A stretch of 64,000 nt of DNA from contig NC_043006.1 of assembly GCF_006345805.1 (NCBI RefSeq), forward strand, positions 55,552,001 through 55,616,000, read 5' to 3'. Shown piece by piece: positions 15,279-28,832 of this stretch. Below the pieces are notes generated by a model. It ran no database searches. It saw only the letters and a list, made by a program, of their open reading frames with translations, and was not told where the DNA came from. Source of the DNA: Octopus sinensis. Lineage: Eukaryota. The position numbers and the translations under genes are program-made. Within the stretch, counting starts at the first letter, position 1. Every line of letters begins with the position of its first letter.

Positions 15279-15590
15279 CATATATATTTGGTTGTAAAAA
15301 AGTTGATATAGTTTTTCAACTGACGGCATTTCAGTGCTTGGTTTCGTTTTTCACGTCAGCCAAGCATATTTTTCTGAAAGATGATGTAATATGTTTTTCT
15401 GTAATATTATTGTGTGTATACTTTACTTTTACGGCTTTTACGTTAACAGTGAAAATGGATGAAAATGAGTTATATCTTCAGCATTTGAGGCTCTTTTATT
15501 TTCTGAGATGATAAAACGCTGTGCAAACAGCAAAAGTTATATGTGCAGTTTTTAAAAATAGTTTGTGTTACAGCTGAGGACTCTTCGTAT
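15279..15590 (+). mobile_element. Mariner 5' fragment (TIR remnant and transposase N-terminus)
   Basis: MDENELYLQHLRLFYFLR**NAVQTAKVICAVF resembles the mariner N-terminus (..HFRHILLFYFRKGKNA..AAKKICAVYG); TIR-like tatatttggttgtaaaaaagtt. Confidence 0.65.
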
Positions 15591-15898
15591 ATAAATAGAT
15601 TGGCAGATAGATATGAATGGTGTGTATATATAAATGGATGCGTGACGTGCAAGTAAATAATAATATAAATAATAATACATATACATATAATATATATACA
15701 TATATACATAATATATCTATATATTATATATATATATATATATATATGCGGGTGTGTATTATGTATATTATATATATATATATTATATATATATATATAT
15801 ATATAATTTTAATCCAAAGGGGGAAACAAAAAAAAAACAACAATGGAACAATTACAGTATTATTATTAATAGGCGCTCAGGAAATGGAAGCAGGGAGG

Positions 15899-15932
15899 TA
15901 TGACGTTTCGAGCGGAGCTCTTCGTCGGAAAC
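15899..15932 (-). ncRNA. Hammerhead-like core in the pLTR (identical copy at 22145-22178)
   Basis: Minus strand: ttt-CCGACGA-a-gagc(tcc)gctc-GAAAC-GTC-ata; stem I pairing is weak. Confidence 0.45.
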
Positions 15933-18900
15933 ATAAAGAAGGAAGAGAGAGGAAAGAAAGATCCCAGAGCGGGCAACAGGGAAAGAGAAAAAAGACGACT
16001 GTGTTTTACGAGTGCACATGGTGAAAGGCGGATGTTTACGAAACAGAGCAAAGTGGGTTTTTAAGGCAAAAGAGTGGAGACAAGGTTGGTAACGACAACA
16101 GATGTGTGTGTATGTGTGTGTGTGAGGCGAGATGAAAAAACAAAAAATATATAGTGTGTGTTAGTGTGTGCGTCTGTGTGTAGGCGTTGTGAGTAGGGCG
16201 AGATAGTGGTCAGCTTAGCAGACAAAGGTCAGTAGTAAGAAAAAGAAGAGGAGGAAGGGAGGGACGGGAAGGGAGGGAGGGGGAAGGGGTGGGGGCGTAT
16301 GTAGCGCGCCAGCGTGTGTTGAGTAGTAGTGTGTGTGGTGTGTCCAGTGTCGTGGTGGTATTAATGGCGAGTAGATTGAATGTGTGTAAGAGTAATGTAT
16401 ATATTTAAGCAATGTGTGTATATGTGTGCGCGCGGTGGTAACGAAAAAGGGGGGGGGTTAAGGAAAAAGGACTCCAGCTGAGGGGAAGATGGAAGAGTGG
16501 TCCCGCGGAGACGGGCGTGGGAAAACCCAACGACACGCGACGGTCCCAGGAACGGGCGGGAGGTCTTGTCGGGTCCAAGAGCGAGGTGCCTGCGGCGCGT
16601 ATGCGTGCGCGAACCGGCGCAAGCGCGTGCGTGCGCGACGCTGCGAGTATGTGCGTAAGTATGTATGTGTGTGGATGTGTGAGTGTGTCTGTGTGTATGT
16701 CGGGTGGCAGTGTGTCCGATGAATGTATGTGAGTATGTGTGTATGTATGTGTGTGCATAGATGTATGTCCGTGTTGTCCGTGTGTGTGTGTGTGTGTATG
16801 TGTGTGAGTGTGTATGTATGTACGTGTGGGTGTGGGGAAGTGTGTGTATGTGCATGTGTGTGCGCACATACAGGTGTGTGTGAGTGGTGTGTGTGTGTAT
16901 GTATGTGTGAGTGTGTATGTATGTGTGTGTAGGATGCATGTATGTGTATGGGTGTATGTATGCGTGTGTGTATGTATGTATGTGTACGTGCGTGTGTGTG
17001 TGTGTATGCGTGTAGGTGTGCGCGTGTGCATGCATGCATGCATGCATGCATGCATGTGCGTAGGTGTGTGTGTGTGTGCATGTGTGTGGGTATTATGTAT
17101 GTGCGTATATGTGTGTGTATGTGCGTACATGTGTGTGTGTGGTATGCATGTGTGTGTATGTAGGTGTGTAGGGGCGTGTGTGTATAGGTGTATGTATGTA
17201 AGTATGTATGGGTGTGTCCGTGTATGTGTGGTATGTATGTGTGTGTATGTAGGTGTGGGGGGTGTGTATATGTGTGTGTATGTAGGTGTGTGGGCGTGTG
17301 TATATAGGTGTATGTGTGTATGTCTGGGTGTGTCCGTGCATTTGTGTGTGTGTGTGTATGCATGTGTATGTAGGTGTGTGTGTACGTGTGTAATGTATGT
17401 GTGTATGCGTGTGATGCGTGCGTGCGTGCGTGTGTGTATGTAGGTGCGTGTGTATGTGTTGTGGGAGTGTAGGTGTGTGTGTGCGTGTGCGTGTGCGTGT
17501 TTATGTTGGTGTGTGTGCGTATGTGAGTGTGAGTGTATGGGTGTTTGTCATGCATGTGTGTGCGCGTGCAGGTGAGGTGAGTGTGTGTGTAAGTATGTGA
17601 GGTGAGGTGTTGTGTGTAAGTATGTGTGTGTGTATGTTTGTGTGAGTGTGTATGTGTGTATGTCTGTGTGTGTTGTATGTGCGTAAGGAGTATGTGGGTA
17701 TGTGTGTGTGTATGTATATGGGTGTATGTATGTATGTGTGTGTGTGTGCATGTGTATAAGTATATGTGTGTGTGCGTATGTGTGTATATGTGTATGTGTG
17801 TGTGTGTTTATGTATGTGTGTATGTATGTGTGTAGGCGTGGTGTGTAGAGATGTATGTAGGGTGTGTGTGTCCGTGTGTGTTTGTGTGTGTGTGTAGGTA
17901 GATGTGTGTGTCTGAGTGAGGGTATGGCTGTGTAGGTGTGTGTGTGTATGAATGTAAGTGTGTGTGTGTACAAGTGTAATGTATGTATGTAGGTGTGTGT
18001 GTGTGTATGTGTACGTGTGCGTGTATGTGTGTATGCGTGTGTATGTGTGTGTGTGTGTATGCGGGTGAGTGTGAGTGTATGGGTGTATGTCTGTGTGTGT
18101 GTATGTCTGAAGTAGGTATGTATGTGTATGTATGATGTGTGTGGGTGTGTGCAGGTATGTGTGTGTATGTGTGTGTGTGAGTAGGTGTGCGTGTATGTAT
18201 GTGGGTAGGGATGCATGCGAGTGTGTGGTATGTATGCATACATACGCACGCGCACATCCGAAGCAAGCCCACACACACGAAGCGCGCTCACGCACACAAC
18301 GCACAAGCAGTACAACGCAAGCCCAAGGGCCGACCAAGCCCCCAGCGCGCGCCAAGGCGCGCGAGAGCGCAAAGGCCCTCGAACGCCCCGCTACGCGGGA
18401 CCGAGGATCCATCAGCCAAAACCGGAAAGCAGAAAAGAGGGGGGCTGCCTGGATGCAAAAAGGTGTATGTGTGTGTGCATTCAGAGTGTAAGGGTGTGCA
18501 TGTGTAGGTTGTATGTATGTATGTGCCTACATGTATGTTTGCATGTGTGTGTGTGAAGTATGTAGTGCGGCGGTGTGTGTGTGTGGGTTGTGTGTATGTA
18601 TGTGTATGGTGATGTTGTGTTGATGTGTGTATGGTGTATGGGTGTGGTGTGTGTGTGTGTGTGTGTAAGTATGTATGGGTGTGCGTATGTATGTATGTGT
18701 GTGTGTATGTGATGTTGGTTTGTATGTTAGTGTGTGTTAGTATGTCGTAAGTGTGAAATGTGATTTAATGTGTGAATGTATGTACGTAGATGGGTCTTAT
18801 CGTATGTGATGTGTGTGACAGGCGTGTGGGAGGGTAGGTGGTGGGGTGGGTGTGGGAGGTATGTGGGTGGTGTGTGCGTGTGGGAGGCAGGTGGGTGGTG

Positions 18901-18954
18901 TGGGTGGGGTGTGGGTGGTGTGTCACAAAACAAAAAAAAAAAACAACGATCTCA

Positions 18955-21733
18955 AGAGGAGGGGGCTGTGTTAAGTCCGTGTGGGGTGGTAGTTTGTAGG
19001 TGTGAAGATGTAGCGTTGCTCCAAGTGGAGCCGGAAAGTGGGCGACCATGGTGGGGGGCGAGACCAAACACTGAGATGTCATCTAGGGAATGGCCGGCCG
19101 AGCGGAAGTGGCGTGCGACTGGAGAAAGAGAGTGTAGGCGAACGTCCCTCAAGTGTTCAGTGAAACGGGTCGGACAACCGCGTCCCGTCTGTCCTACATA
19201 CAGCATCCCGCATAGTTTTGCATTTAATGCGTAAATAAGGCCAGACGAGGTGCACGTGAAAGAGTGCCTAATGCGTACAGTGTGCAGGCTGAGCCGGTGA
19301 CAGCGGTGGTGTTGGTGATGAAGGGGCAAGTGTTTGCAGCGGGATCTAGAGCAAGGGAATGATCCGTTTGGGGCTGAGGGGAAGGATGAGAGGGTGCTGT
19401 GGACCAGGGGAGGTCACGCAGATTGCGGGCTCGTTTGAAAGAGGACAGGGGTAGGTTAGGGAAAATGGGGCGGGTGGTGGGATCAAGCTGGAGGCGACGG
19501 AAGGCACGTAGTATCTTGCGACGAAGGGGTAGGGTAGAGGGTGGAAAAGGAGGGGGAAGGGGTTGCGGTTGGGGGGTGGCCGGGGGGAAGAGACAGGGCG
19601 GTAGTGCGGTCGATGCGACGGGCGCGGTTGAGGGCATCAGAGAGGATATAAATGGTGAGATCCTGGTCGCGGCTGCACAAACGTCGGAGGCGGAGGAACT
19701 GGGAGTAGGGCTGGCTCGTTTGTGTGTGAAGGGGTGGGAGGAAGAGAATTGAGATAGATGTGGGAATCCGTAGTTTTAAAAAAGGCGGTGGTGGTGAGAG
19801 AGCTGGAGGGGTGATCGATGCGGAGAGAGATGTCCAGGAAGTTGACAGAGGTGTTGGAGATGGTGGAGGTGAATTGAAGAGAGGGGTGAAAGTTGGAAAG
19901 GAAAGAGATTAATTGGCAGAGAAGTTCACGGGAAAGGGAGGTGCACCTACGCAGTCGTCGATATAAGCGACCGTATAGTTTCGGGGGTCGGCCCAGAGAA
20001 CTGGAGAACACTTGGGCCTCAATGTAGCCAAGAAAGAGATTGGCGAAATTGGGCCCATCCTAGTTCCCATCGCGACCCCGGGACACCTGTTGGTACGTTT
20101 CCTCCGGCGAACGTGAAGCAATTGAGGTGAGGACGAGCTCAGCCAAACGGAGAAGGTGGGGGTGCTGGGGGGTGGGTCGGGACGACGGTCGAGGAAGTGT
20201 TGGAGGGCTAGGAGACCGTCATTGTGGGGAATCACTGTGTACAGGGATTTTTACATCTAAGTGAAGAGGAGGTGTGAGGGTCTGGAAGGGAAGGAAAAGG
20301 AATTGAAGAGACGGAGGGCGTGGTTGGTGTCGTGTATGTGGGATGGGAGGGCTGCGACTAAGGGGGACAGGATGCGGTCGAGTATAGGGAGATGAGTTTC
20401 AGTGGGGCAATTACAGGCAGAGACTATGGGACGGCCAGGATTAGAGGGTTTATGGATCTTGGGAGGAAGTAGATGGTGGAGGTGCGGGGTGTGCGGACGA
20501 TGAGGTTGGGTGGCGGTGAGGGTGAGAGCGGAGGAGGAGATGAGGTCGTGGATGGTGGAGGACACTCGCTGTTGGTAGGAGGAGGTGGGATCGGAGGGGA
20601 GGAGGCGATAGAAGAGTGGATTTTGAAGCTGGTGAGCGCTTCCTCCCTGTATAGGTCCGCGCGCCACACTACCACTGGCCCCGCCTTTGTCCGCCGGTTT
20701 GATGACAATGTCATCACACGACGGCGGAGGTGGCGAAGGGCAATGGATTCGGCCCGAGTGAGGTTGGCTCGGCGGGGTCTGGTGCAAAGTTGAAACGGTG
20801 GACCAAAGCGTTTGCAGTCATGTACAAACGAATCTAGGCTACTGAAAAGGCCTGGGGGCGGCGTCCAGATGGATGGACGAAGCCCCAGCTCCAAAGGCAA
20901 TCCTGATTGTTGTTGACGCTGCGGGGACGCGTGGTATTATGCGCGAAGTTTGAGGCGGCGCCAGGAACAGGTTGACGTCCGCCCGAGTCCTCGAACTCAT
21001 CACAGTGGCGCGTGAGTGGCGTGAAGCGGAGACCCTTACTGAGGAGGGAGCGCTCAGCGGCTAGAGGGGGAGGTGGGGGGTATAGTGACAACGCGCGAGG
21101 AAGCGGGGTGGTGGGAGGACTAGGGGCAGGCGGAGGGGGTGCAGGGGTGTGAAGGGAGGGTAGGAGTGGTTGGGTGAAGATGGGTTAGGCGTAGGAAGGT
21201 CACGGTGGGGGGTGTGTGGGTCCGTGAAAGGGTGGGGTAGGTGCGAAGGAGGGGGAACAGTGGGGGAGGATGGAAGGGGGTGAGGGTTGAGGAGGAGGTG
21301 GAGTTTTTGTTTTTTGTGTGTGTGAGGTGGTTGTAGAGTTGGTGGTTGAGATTAAGAATGAAGCGGAGGATAGGTTGGGTGAAGAGTGGGGGTAGAGGGC
21401 GGAGAGAAGGAGGTAGCCTGGGAGTTGATGGTCGAGGGAGTCAAGGAGGGGCGGGTGGAGCGGATGGTGACGCGGAGGAGGGAGCGGGAGGTACGAGCGA
21501 GGTGGGTTCGACGAAGGGGGAGGAATAGGGGTAGCGTGGAACTTCAAGAGACCCGCGGGGTTGACATGATGGCGGAGGCACCGGCTAAGAAAGGAAAGAT
21601 GACTCGAGTGGCGGGTTTTCTTAAAAGCAAGCCGGAAAGTTTTATAGCAGGTGCGGAACATTGTGGGGGAAGAACGCGAATAGCGGCTGAGGAGGGATTG
21701 AAGGTGTTGGACGAACGAGTGCAAGTCAGGCAT
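18955..21733 (-). pseudogene. Penelope RT-GIY-YIG polyprotein, frameshifted as assembled
   Basis: RHSSHLSFLSRC, LLSKGLRFTP, IVIKPADKGG, LPKIHKPSNPGRPIVS, LF..DVK.LYTVIPH, GVAMGTRMGP, YIDDCVG, SVNFLDI, FTCTSSGLIYA...LYVGQTGR, PVARHF, HGLN, spread over many frames. Confidence 0.9.
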
Positions 21734-22667
21734 GATGAGAAGTGTGGCAAACAGGTAAAGGTGGGTGTGGTCGAAACAGGAAAAGGGAGACAACAGGAAA
21801 ACAACGAAAGAAAAAAGGGTGAAGACGGTTTGAAAACAAGAAAAAGTTTGAAAAAAAGTTGAAAAAAGTCAGGAAAAGATTTGAGAGTCAACGGACAGAT
21901 TAGGTAATGATTTTCAATCACGGTAATGGCGGTACTCCGGAGAAGGTTGCGGGTGATCCGTAGGTCAGGAAGAATGGTAACAATAATCCGTAGGTGCAAA
22001 AAATCCGGGTTGGTATCCAGGTACAAGGGTCCGTGTAGGCGCGCAGTGGTATAATTTTAATCCAAACGGGAAACAAAAAAACAACAACAATGGAACAATT
22101 ACAGTATTATTATTAATAGGCGCTCAGGAAATGGAAGCAGGGAGTATGACGTTTCGAGCGGAGCTCTTCGTCGGAAACATAAAAAGGAAGAGAGAGGAAG
22201 AAAAGATCCCAGAGCGGGCAACAGGGAAAGAGAAAAAGACGACTGGTGTTTACGAGTTGCACATGGTGAAAGGCGGATGTTTACGAAAACAGAGCAAAGT
22301 GGGTTTTTAAAGGCAAAAGAGTGGAGATAAGGTTGGTAACGCAACAGATGTTGTGTATGTGTGAGTGTGTGCGTGTGCGTGTGTGTATGTGTGTGTGTGA
22401 GGCGAGATGAAAAAACACAAAAATATATATGTGTGTGTTAGTGTGTGCGTCTGTGTGTAGGCGTGTGAGGTAGGGCGAGACTAGCGGTCAGCTTAGCAGA
22501 CAAGGTCAGTAGTAAGAAAAAGAAGGAAGGAGGAAGGGAGGGAGGGGAAGGGGTGGGGGCGTATGTAGCGTGCCAGCGTGTGTTGATAGTAGTGTGTGTG
22601 TGTGTCCAGTGTCGTGGTGGTATTAATGGCGAGTAGATTGAATGTGTGTAAGAGTAATATACATATG

Positions 22668-22720
<53 letters not shown>

Positions 22721-22744
22721 TATATATATACATATGCATATATG

Positions 22745-23356
22745 CATATATGGGTACAGGACGTCACCAATTGCGTAAACAAAATGAAGTACGAAAATAA
22801 ATGAGTTAAATACGCAATCAACGAGAGTAAAAATGGAAAACAGAACGAGATCAAAGAATGAAAGCAAACATGGAGGGTCATTAGACCAGAACAAGAGGAA
22901 ATAGTGAACGCTGGGAGAAATATTATCTTTGAAAAGAGAAAAGTTCGTAGAACGTTATACAGGAAAAGAAAAATGGTCACGTGAGGGAAAGTCAGGACGT
23001 CTCCTATCTCTCTCTTCTATCTTTTCTCTTTTCAAAAAAATATTTCTCCTAGCGTTCACTATTTCTTGCCCATTCTGGTCTAACGACCTCTCATGATGGT
23101 TTTCGTTCGGTTTCCTTGTAAGTCTCCACTATCCTGATTTTTGTTCCCAAGTTTGATCCTCCATAAATCGGAAAATTTTTTTGGAATTCATGGGAACAAC
23201 TGTCTCCGAAGATAGTCAGCCGGCAACTGATGAAGAGTCGTTCTTTGCGTTACTTGTCCTGTTTTCCATTTTTCTCTCGTTCTTTACGTATTTAACTCAT
23301 TTGTTTTCTTACTTCATGCTGTTTACACAGTTGGTGACGTCCTTTACTCATATATG
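22745..23356. mobile_element. MITE/fold-back-like element with ~95-bp outer inverted repeats and a second, nested inverted pair
   Basis: 22745-22840 vs 23255-23356 (ggacgtcaccaa..aatgagttaaatacg..aaaatggaaaacag); inner pair about 22879-22945 vs 23019-23085. Flanked by (TA)n; no convincing ORF. Confidence 0.8.
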
Positions 23357-23378
23357 TATATAGATACATATATAGTAA

Positions 23379-23473
<95 letters not shown>

Positions 23474-23558
23474 CTTCACCTATATATAGGGAATATACGT
23501 ATATTTTAATGTAAATACTTTACGAGCCAGTAACTCTCTCTCACCTTCTTTATATATA

Positions 23559-23669
<111 letters not shown>

Positions 23670-23803
23670 GACAGATCGCTAGCCACTACACGTTCTTTAA
23701 TTTTACGCCTTGTTTCTTTCTCTGTTCCTTTCTGAGCGTTATGCTAATACATCTGTTTGTTGTCTACACCACCTGTCTTCGTCTTTTGATTTTTTGTGAA
23801 TTC

Positions 23804-23810
<7 letters not shown>
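23670..23810 (+). mobile_element. Penelope pLTR 3' remnant related to 5200-5345, lacking the hammerhead segment
   Basis: gttcctttct..gagcgt..ttgttg...cacc..cttcgtctt...tatata resembles the end of the element at 3790-5345. Confidence 0.5.
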
Positions 23811-23870
<60 letters not shown>

Positions 23871-24022
23871 ATATATATATATATATATGTATGTATGTAT
23901 GTGTGTGTGTATGTATGAATGTATTCGTGTTCGTGTGTGGATGCGTGCGCGAGTGCGTGATTGCGTATTGCTGTGCGTATTTCAGTGTGTGTACGTGTGT
24001 GGGTATAAATGCGTGTTTGTGC

Positions 24023-24061
<39 letters not shown>

Positions 24062-24583
24062 CGCATATACAAACGTTCATACACACATCGGATATAATAT
24101 AATATAGTACAATACAATATATAGTACAATATAATATAATATTGTAAGTCTGAATTCTATAATAGGATTTCGAAAATTTTTCCAGAAACGAAGAAAAGAA
24201 AAGTTTCCTTTGCAGATGTTAGCATATATAAAATTTCACAGTTCAATTGAAGAACGCAGGCGTAAGAACGTTATTTGCTAAGAGAAAATAATTTATTCAG
24301 AAAATTGACTGTCGACTACACTACTCTAGCAAAATGGTGTCTATTTTAGTTTTGAACCTACTGTTGCGAATCAGGGAGTGAAGATACTAAACCATATTTT
24401 TTTGAACATTTAATGCACATGTATTTTCTAATGAATACATACAAATATGCATGGACATATACGTACATGCTTATATACATAGATACATACATGCGTATGC
24501 ATCCATCTAAATATATGTATTCACGTATTTATGTATATACACATTAACACATATATATGGATAATATATATGTATATCTTTAA

Positions 24584-24620
<37 letters not shown>

Positions 24621-24795
24621 ACCAAGTAAGTTAGGGGTTGTGGATTCAACCCAATGAAGGGATAATACTTACACAATATACTGTTGGAATAATACCCAAA
24701 TTATTAATACACAAGTGTTTTTAATTGCTATGCAATAAACTTACTTATTGTATTAAATAGGTGAAGGTAAAGAAATATTTTACCATTAATTTATT

Positions 24796-25165
24796 TTACA
24801 AATAAGAAAATGGAGAAACACATTAGTTGGTTCATCAGCTTTAGGATATTAGAATGTTGACTTATTTATTTATCAAAACGACAACCATAACATACATATA
24901 TACAGTATAAAATTCAACACATATAAGATAAGAATACAAGTAGTTATTAAAAAAAACATTAATATAAATTATCAAAATCATTAAAATCACTTACAACCGT
25001 TTCAGCCTATGGAAAAAAGTAATCTGTTGTGCCTATACATGTCAATTGTATTGAGGTTGTATGTGTGTTATTATAGTTGTCGTTTTGATAAATAAATAAA
25101 TCAACATTCTAATATCCTAAAGCTGATAAACTAACTAATGTGTTTCTCCATTTTCTTATTTGTAA
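24796..25165. repeat. Inverted repeat with ~95-bp arms (24796-24890 and 25071-25165) inside a (TA)n-flanked segment 24618-25165
   Basis: ttacaaataagaaaatggagaaacacattagtt...tatcaaaacgacaac and its reverse complement, with few mismatches. Confidence 0.85.
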
Positions 25166-25186
25166 TATATATATATATATATATAT

Positions 25187-26083
25187 ATATAGGATGGATG
25201 GAAAGTAACTAGGAATCAGAAATTGCTGAAAGGATTTTCAGTATCACTGAAGTCATGACGGGACATGTTTTCAAACAGACAACACTAATGGGGACTTATT
25301 TTCCTATTGTTTTATTTCTTATTTCTTATTTTCCAGATGGTCGGTCGTCTGACTGTTCAGGAGCGAGCTAAGATTGCAACACGCTGTGAAGTGTGGAATT
25401 CCAAGGTTTTGGTTCAGAGATAGCATGCATGGAAATGTATCCATACAACACTACGTCCGGAGACAATATAATGTTGTCATGCAAAGCTGATGGCTACGGG
25501 CTCTGTGAATGATGCAAGCAGAAGTAGACGTGCAACCACATCCCGATCAGCGGAGACGTGGCAACAGTACAGGAAATGTTTAATCGCAGCCCACAAAATC
25601 AACACGTCAAGCAGTTCGTGAAAGTGGACTATCAAGGCATTTAAACGTACGATGTTGCATAAAGAATTGAATTTTCATCCGTGGAAACCTCATTACGTGC
25701 AGGAGCTAAAACCTGAAGACTGTGAGTGTAGATGAAATGGCCTCCAAGAAGCCCAGATCTCACTCCATGTGATTTTTAACTGTGGGAGTACACAAAAGAG
25801 GTGTACAAAACAAAATCTCACACACTGGAAAATTTGGAGACGCGAATTCAGGTGGTTCTCAACAATATCCCAGACCACGTCCTTCAGAAGGTTGTTCATT
25901 CCGTCCTTGGCTGTTTGAGGAAACTAGTTGATGCCACCGGTGCTTACGTTGAAATATGAAGATTTACTTTCATTTTTTCATGTAATTAAGAACATGTATT
26001 ATTTGTTTCAATAGATTTGTAAAATGAATATGAATTTTATTATCAATATTTAATGCCTACTTACATTTCACTCAACCTGTATA
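25187..26083 (+). mobile_element. Internally deleted Tc1/mariner-superfamily element
   Basis: MVGRLTVQERAKIA..ATGSVND..RS.R..TSRS, MFNRSP..STRQA.RESGLSR, LNFHPWKPHYVQEL, then PPRSPDLTPCDF.LWEY and terminal GAYVEI*. TA-bounded ends. Confidence 0.8.
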
Positions 26084-26511
26084 CCTAACTTTATCGGTCG
26101 CACATGTACAGTATATATGTTTTGTTTATACGTCAAATATGGAGCGAGATCGCATCCGGGGACAGCTCCCTACATGGCAAACTAAGTATGCACGACAGAT
26201 AAAGCTTACATTATTAGAGCGGATGTTAATATGTAATTATACATATAAATTAGGATAAGATTGTTAATTTAAATATCGATCTTATAAAGTGGCCAGCATG
26301 GGAATAAAAGCCTTCAAAGGTAATAATTATTATTAAAATTATAATTTAGGGTATCTAAGATGTTGGCTCCTATTTCCAGCGTGGCAGTATTTCTTAGATA
26401 CCCTCAATTATAATTTTATATACATACATACATACCTAATACATACATACATACATACATACACACATACATACATACATACATACATACATACATACAT
26501 ACATGCATACA

Positions 26512-26547
<36 letters not shown>

Positions 26548-26694
26548 TATATACATACATACATAATACATACATACATAAATATATATACACATACAGA
26601 CATACATATATACATACATACATACATACATACATACATACATACATACATACATACATACATACATACATACATTCATGCATGTATATGTCAT

Positions 26695-27206
26695 GGGAAG
26701 TTCATTGCACAGAATATTCTGAAATCTCTAGAGGGGTATGCGAATGGAATTGGCTATTTGATTTATAGTTAATCGCCTGTCATCCATCACCATGTGGTGA
26801 ACAGAATTAATGCTTTCCTGGGTGGTGGCAGTTGCAGGACACCTAGACCTTGGGTCATCTTGAACACACTCTTTTCTCCTAAAGTCAGCTGCCCGCGTTT
26901 GCACTGTTGATAGAGCTGAAGCATCATCCCCTAACGAAGCAACGATTTCAGCATGAATGTCTTTGGAGGACAAACCTGTTTTCTACAGATACTTGATAAC
27001 ACCACAATAACAAATTTTGTCCATTTTCAAGAGAAGTCTCTACTAGTGAGTTCTGAAGTCTTCTTTGAACAGCCAGATGTCAGTTTACCTGAAACAAAAC
27101 AATACGGTTATCAATAAGAACAGCAGAAATTAATGCCTGCAAGATTTCGCAGCTCTGGCATCACTCCTTCATAATCAGACTATGAAATTTTCAGCACACC
27201 CTCGTA
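26695..27206 (-). mobile_element. Mariner 5' half (TIR and HTH region)
   Basis: ORF 26728-26973: KDIHAEIVASLGDDASALSTVQ..AADFRR..DDPRSRCPATATT..VHHMVMDDRRLTINQIA. TIR tacgagggtgtgctgaaaa on the minus strand ending at 27206. Confidence 0.88.
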
Positions 27207-27853
27207 CATTGTAACATAAAATTTAATTAAATATATTCCAAAATCAATATCTACCCAAATCAATTAACAATTCAATCAACAATAAATATCACCTTTAAAG
27301 AAACTAAGACAATATTTAAAAAAAAACGAATAACACAAATTAAATTAATCGACTTAGATACACTAACAAAGACGGTACTTTACCAGGAACATACACGGAA
27401 AGAAATTGCTATGACCAACAAATAACAAATACTAAGCATTCATGAAATCATGCAGACTTAATGTTCAAATACACAGGTTCTAAATCAGATATGACTATTT
27501 TATACATAAGTATGTACACACACACACACACACACCTACACACATATACACACTCACACAAACGAACAAATCACACACACACACACAAACACGCTCACAT
27601 ATATACATATGTATATGATAAAAAAGTACAGTGAATTTGCTGTACGGAGTGGAAAATTTACTCCCTACGGCAAGTTCAAGGTACCCTTTCTATCGACTTT
27701 TCTAAACAATGCAAGTCATGTCGACGTAAACACCAGCCACTTCGGAAACTGCTTGATAATACATACATACACACATACATGCATACAGGAAATGCAAATA
27801 CATAAATATGTATGTACACCTATGTATGTATACACAAACACACGTACATATAC

Positions 27854-27959
<106 letters not shown>

Positions 27960-28402
27960 ATACATGTATATATGTGTGTATGTATAATACACACACACGC
28001 ACACACACACACACACTCACACACACATATATGTACACATGTATATACATGTATATATATGAGTGAGTTACCATTTGCAAATCACTTATATTTTCATATA
28101 GGGAGAAAACTTTTACAACTACTTATCTAGCTTTTGAAGTTCAGACACGTATTGAGTAGATTGAAATCATGTGATGTGGTGTGCGTGCAAGTTACTTTCA
28201 AATCAGCAGTAAAAGAACCATTAATACAACGTGGTTACATAATGATTATTGCTACTTTTTTAGGGGCAAACAGAAACCAATTCAATTGGCGTTAAATTCC
28301 AACCATACACACACTTGATGGGCATTCGAAGCGCATAAATGCATGTATGCATGCATGCATGTATGTATGTGTGTGTACGTATGCATGTATGTATGTATGT
28401 AA

Positions 28403-28463
<61 letters not shown>

Positions 28464-28832
28464 TAGATAGATAGATATATAGATAGATATAGATAGATAG
28501 ACAAATAGATACATGCACGAACATTATTTTCCTCGATCGAGCGATCGATCTACAAGCGCAAATCAGTCAACGCCGTCGACTGAATTTTACAAAGAGCTAT
28601 TGCTTTATAAGTTTGTCCAGAGTTGCCGCTCTTAGGTATGTTCCATTGACGAGAGACAAATACCTCGAAACTTCGATGTCAGGGATTCATGATAGATGGT
28701 TACGCTGAACAAACCGGGTGTATTCATACCTTTTACCATAAGAGAGATATTTTCTCCACGCTAACGTTGCTTTTTAGAAGTTGAAATAAGTCATAATCAT
28801 ATTTTAACTAACTTATACATATATTTCTGTAC

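Larger units (their letters stand above)
15803..22658 (-). mobile_element. Apparently full-length Penelope-like element with direct pLTRs (15803-16396 and 22050-22658)
   Basis: Two ~600-bp near-identical direct repeats bracket a Penelope ORF, a 5' UTR and a ~2.5-kb CA-rich 3' region. Both outer ends lie in TA/CA microsatellite. Confidence 0.9.

Noticed and set aside
23237-23260. CTGATGA-AGAG inside the MITE-like element
   Set aside because: No downstream GAAAC or stems; likely chance.
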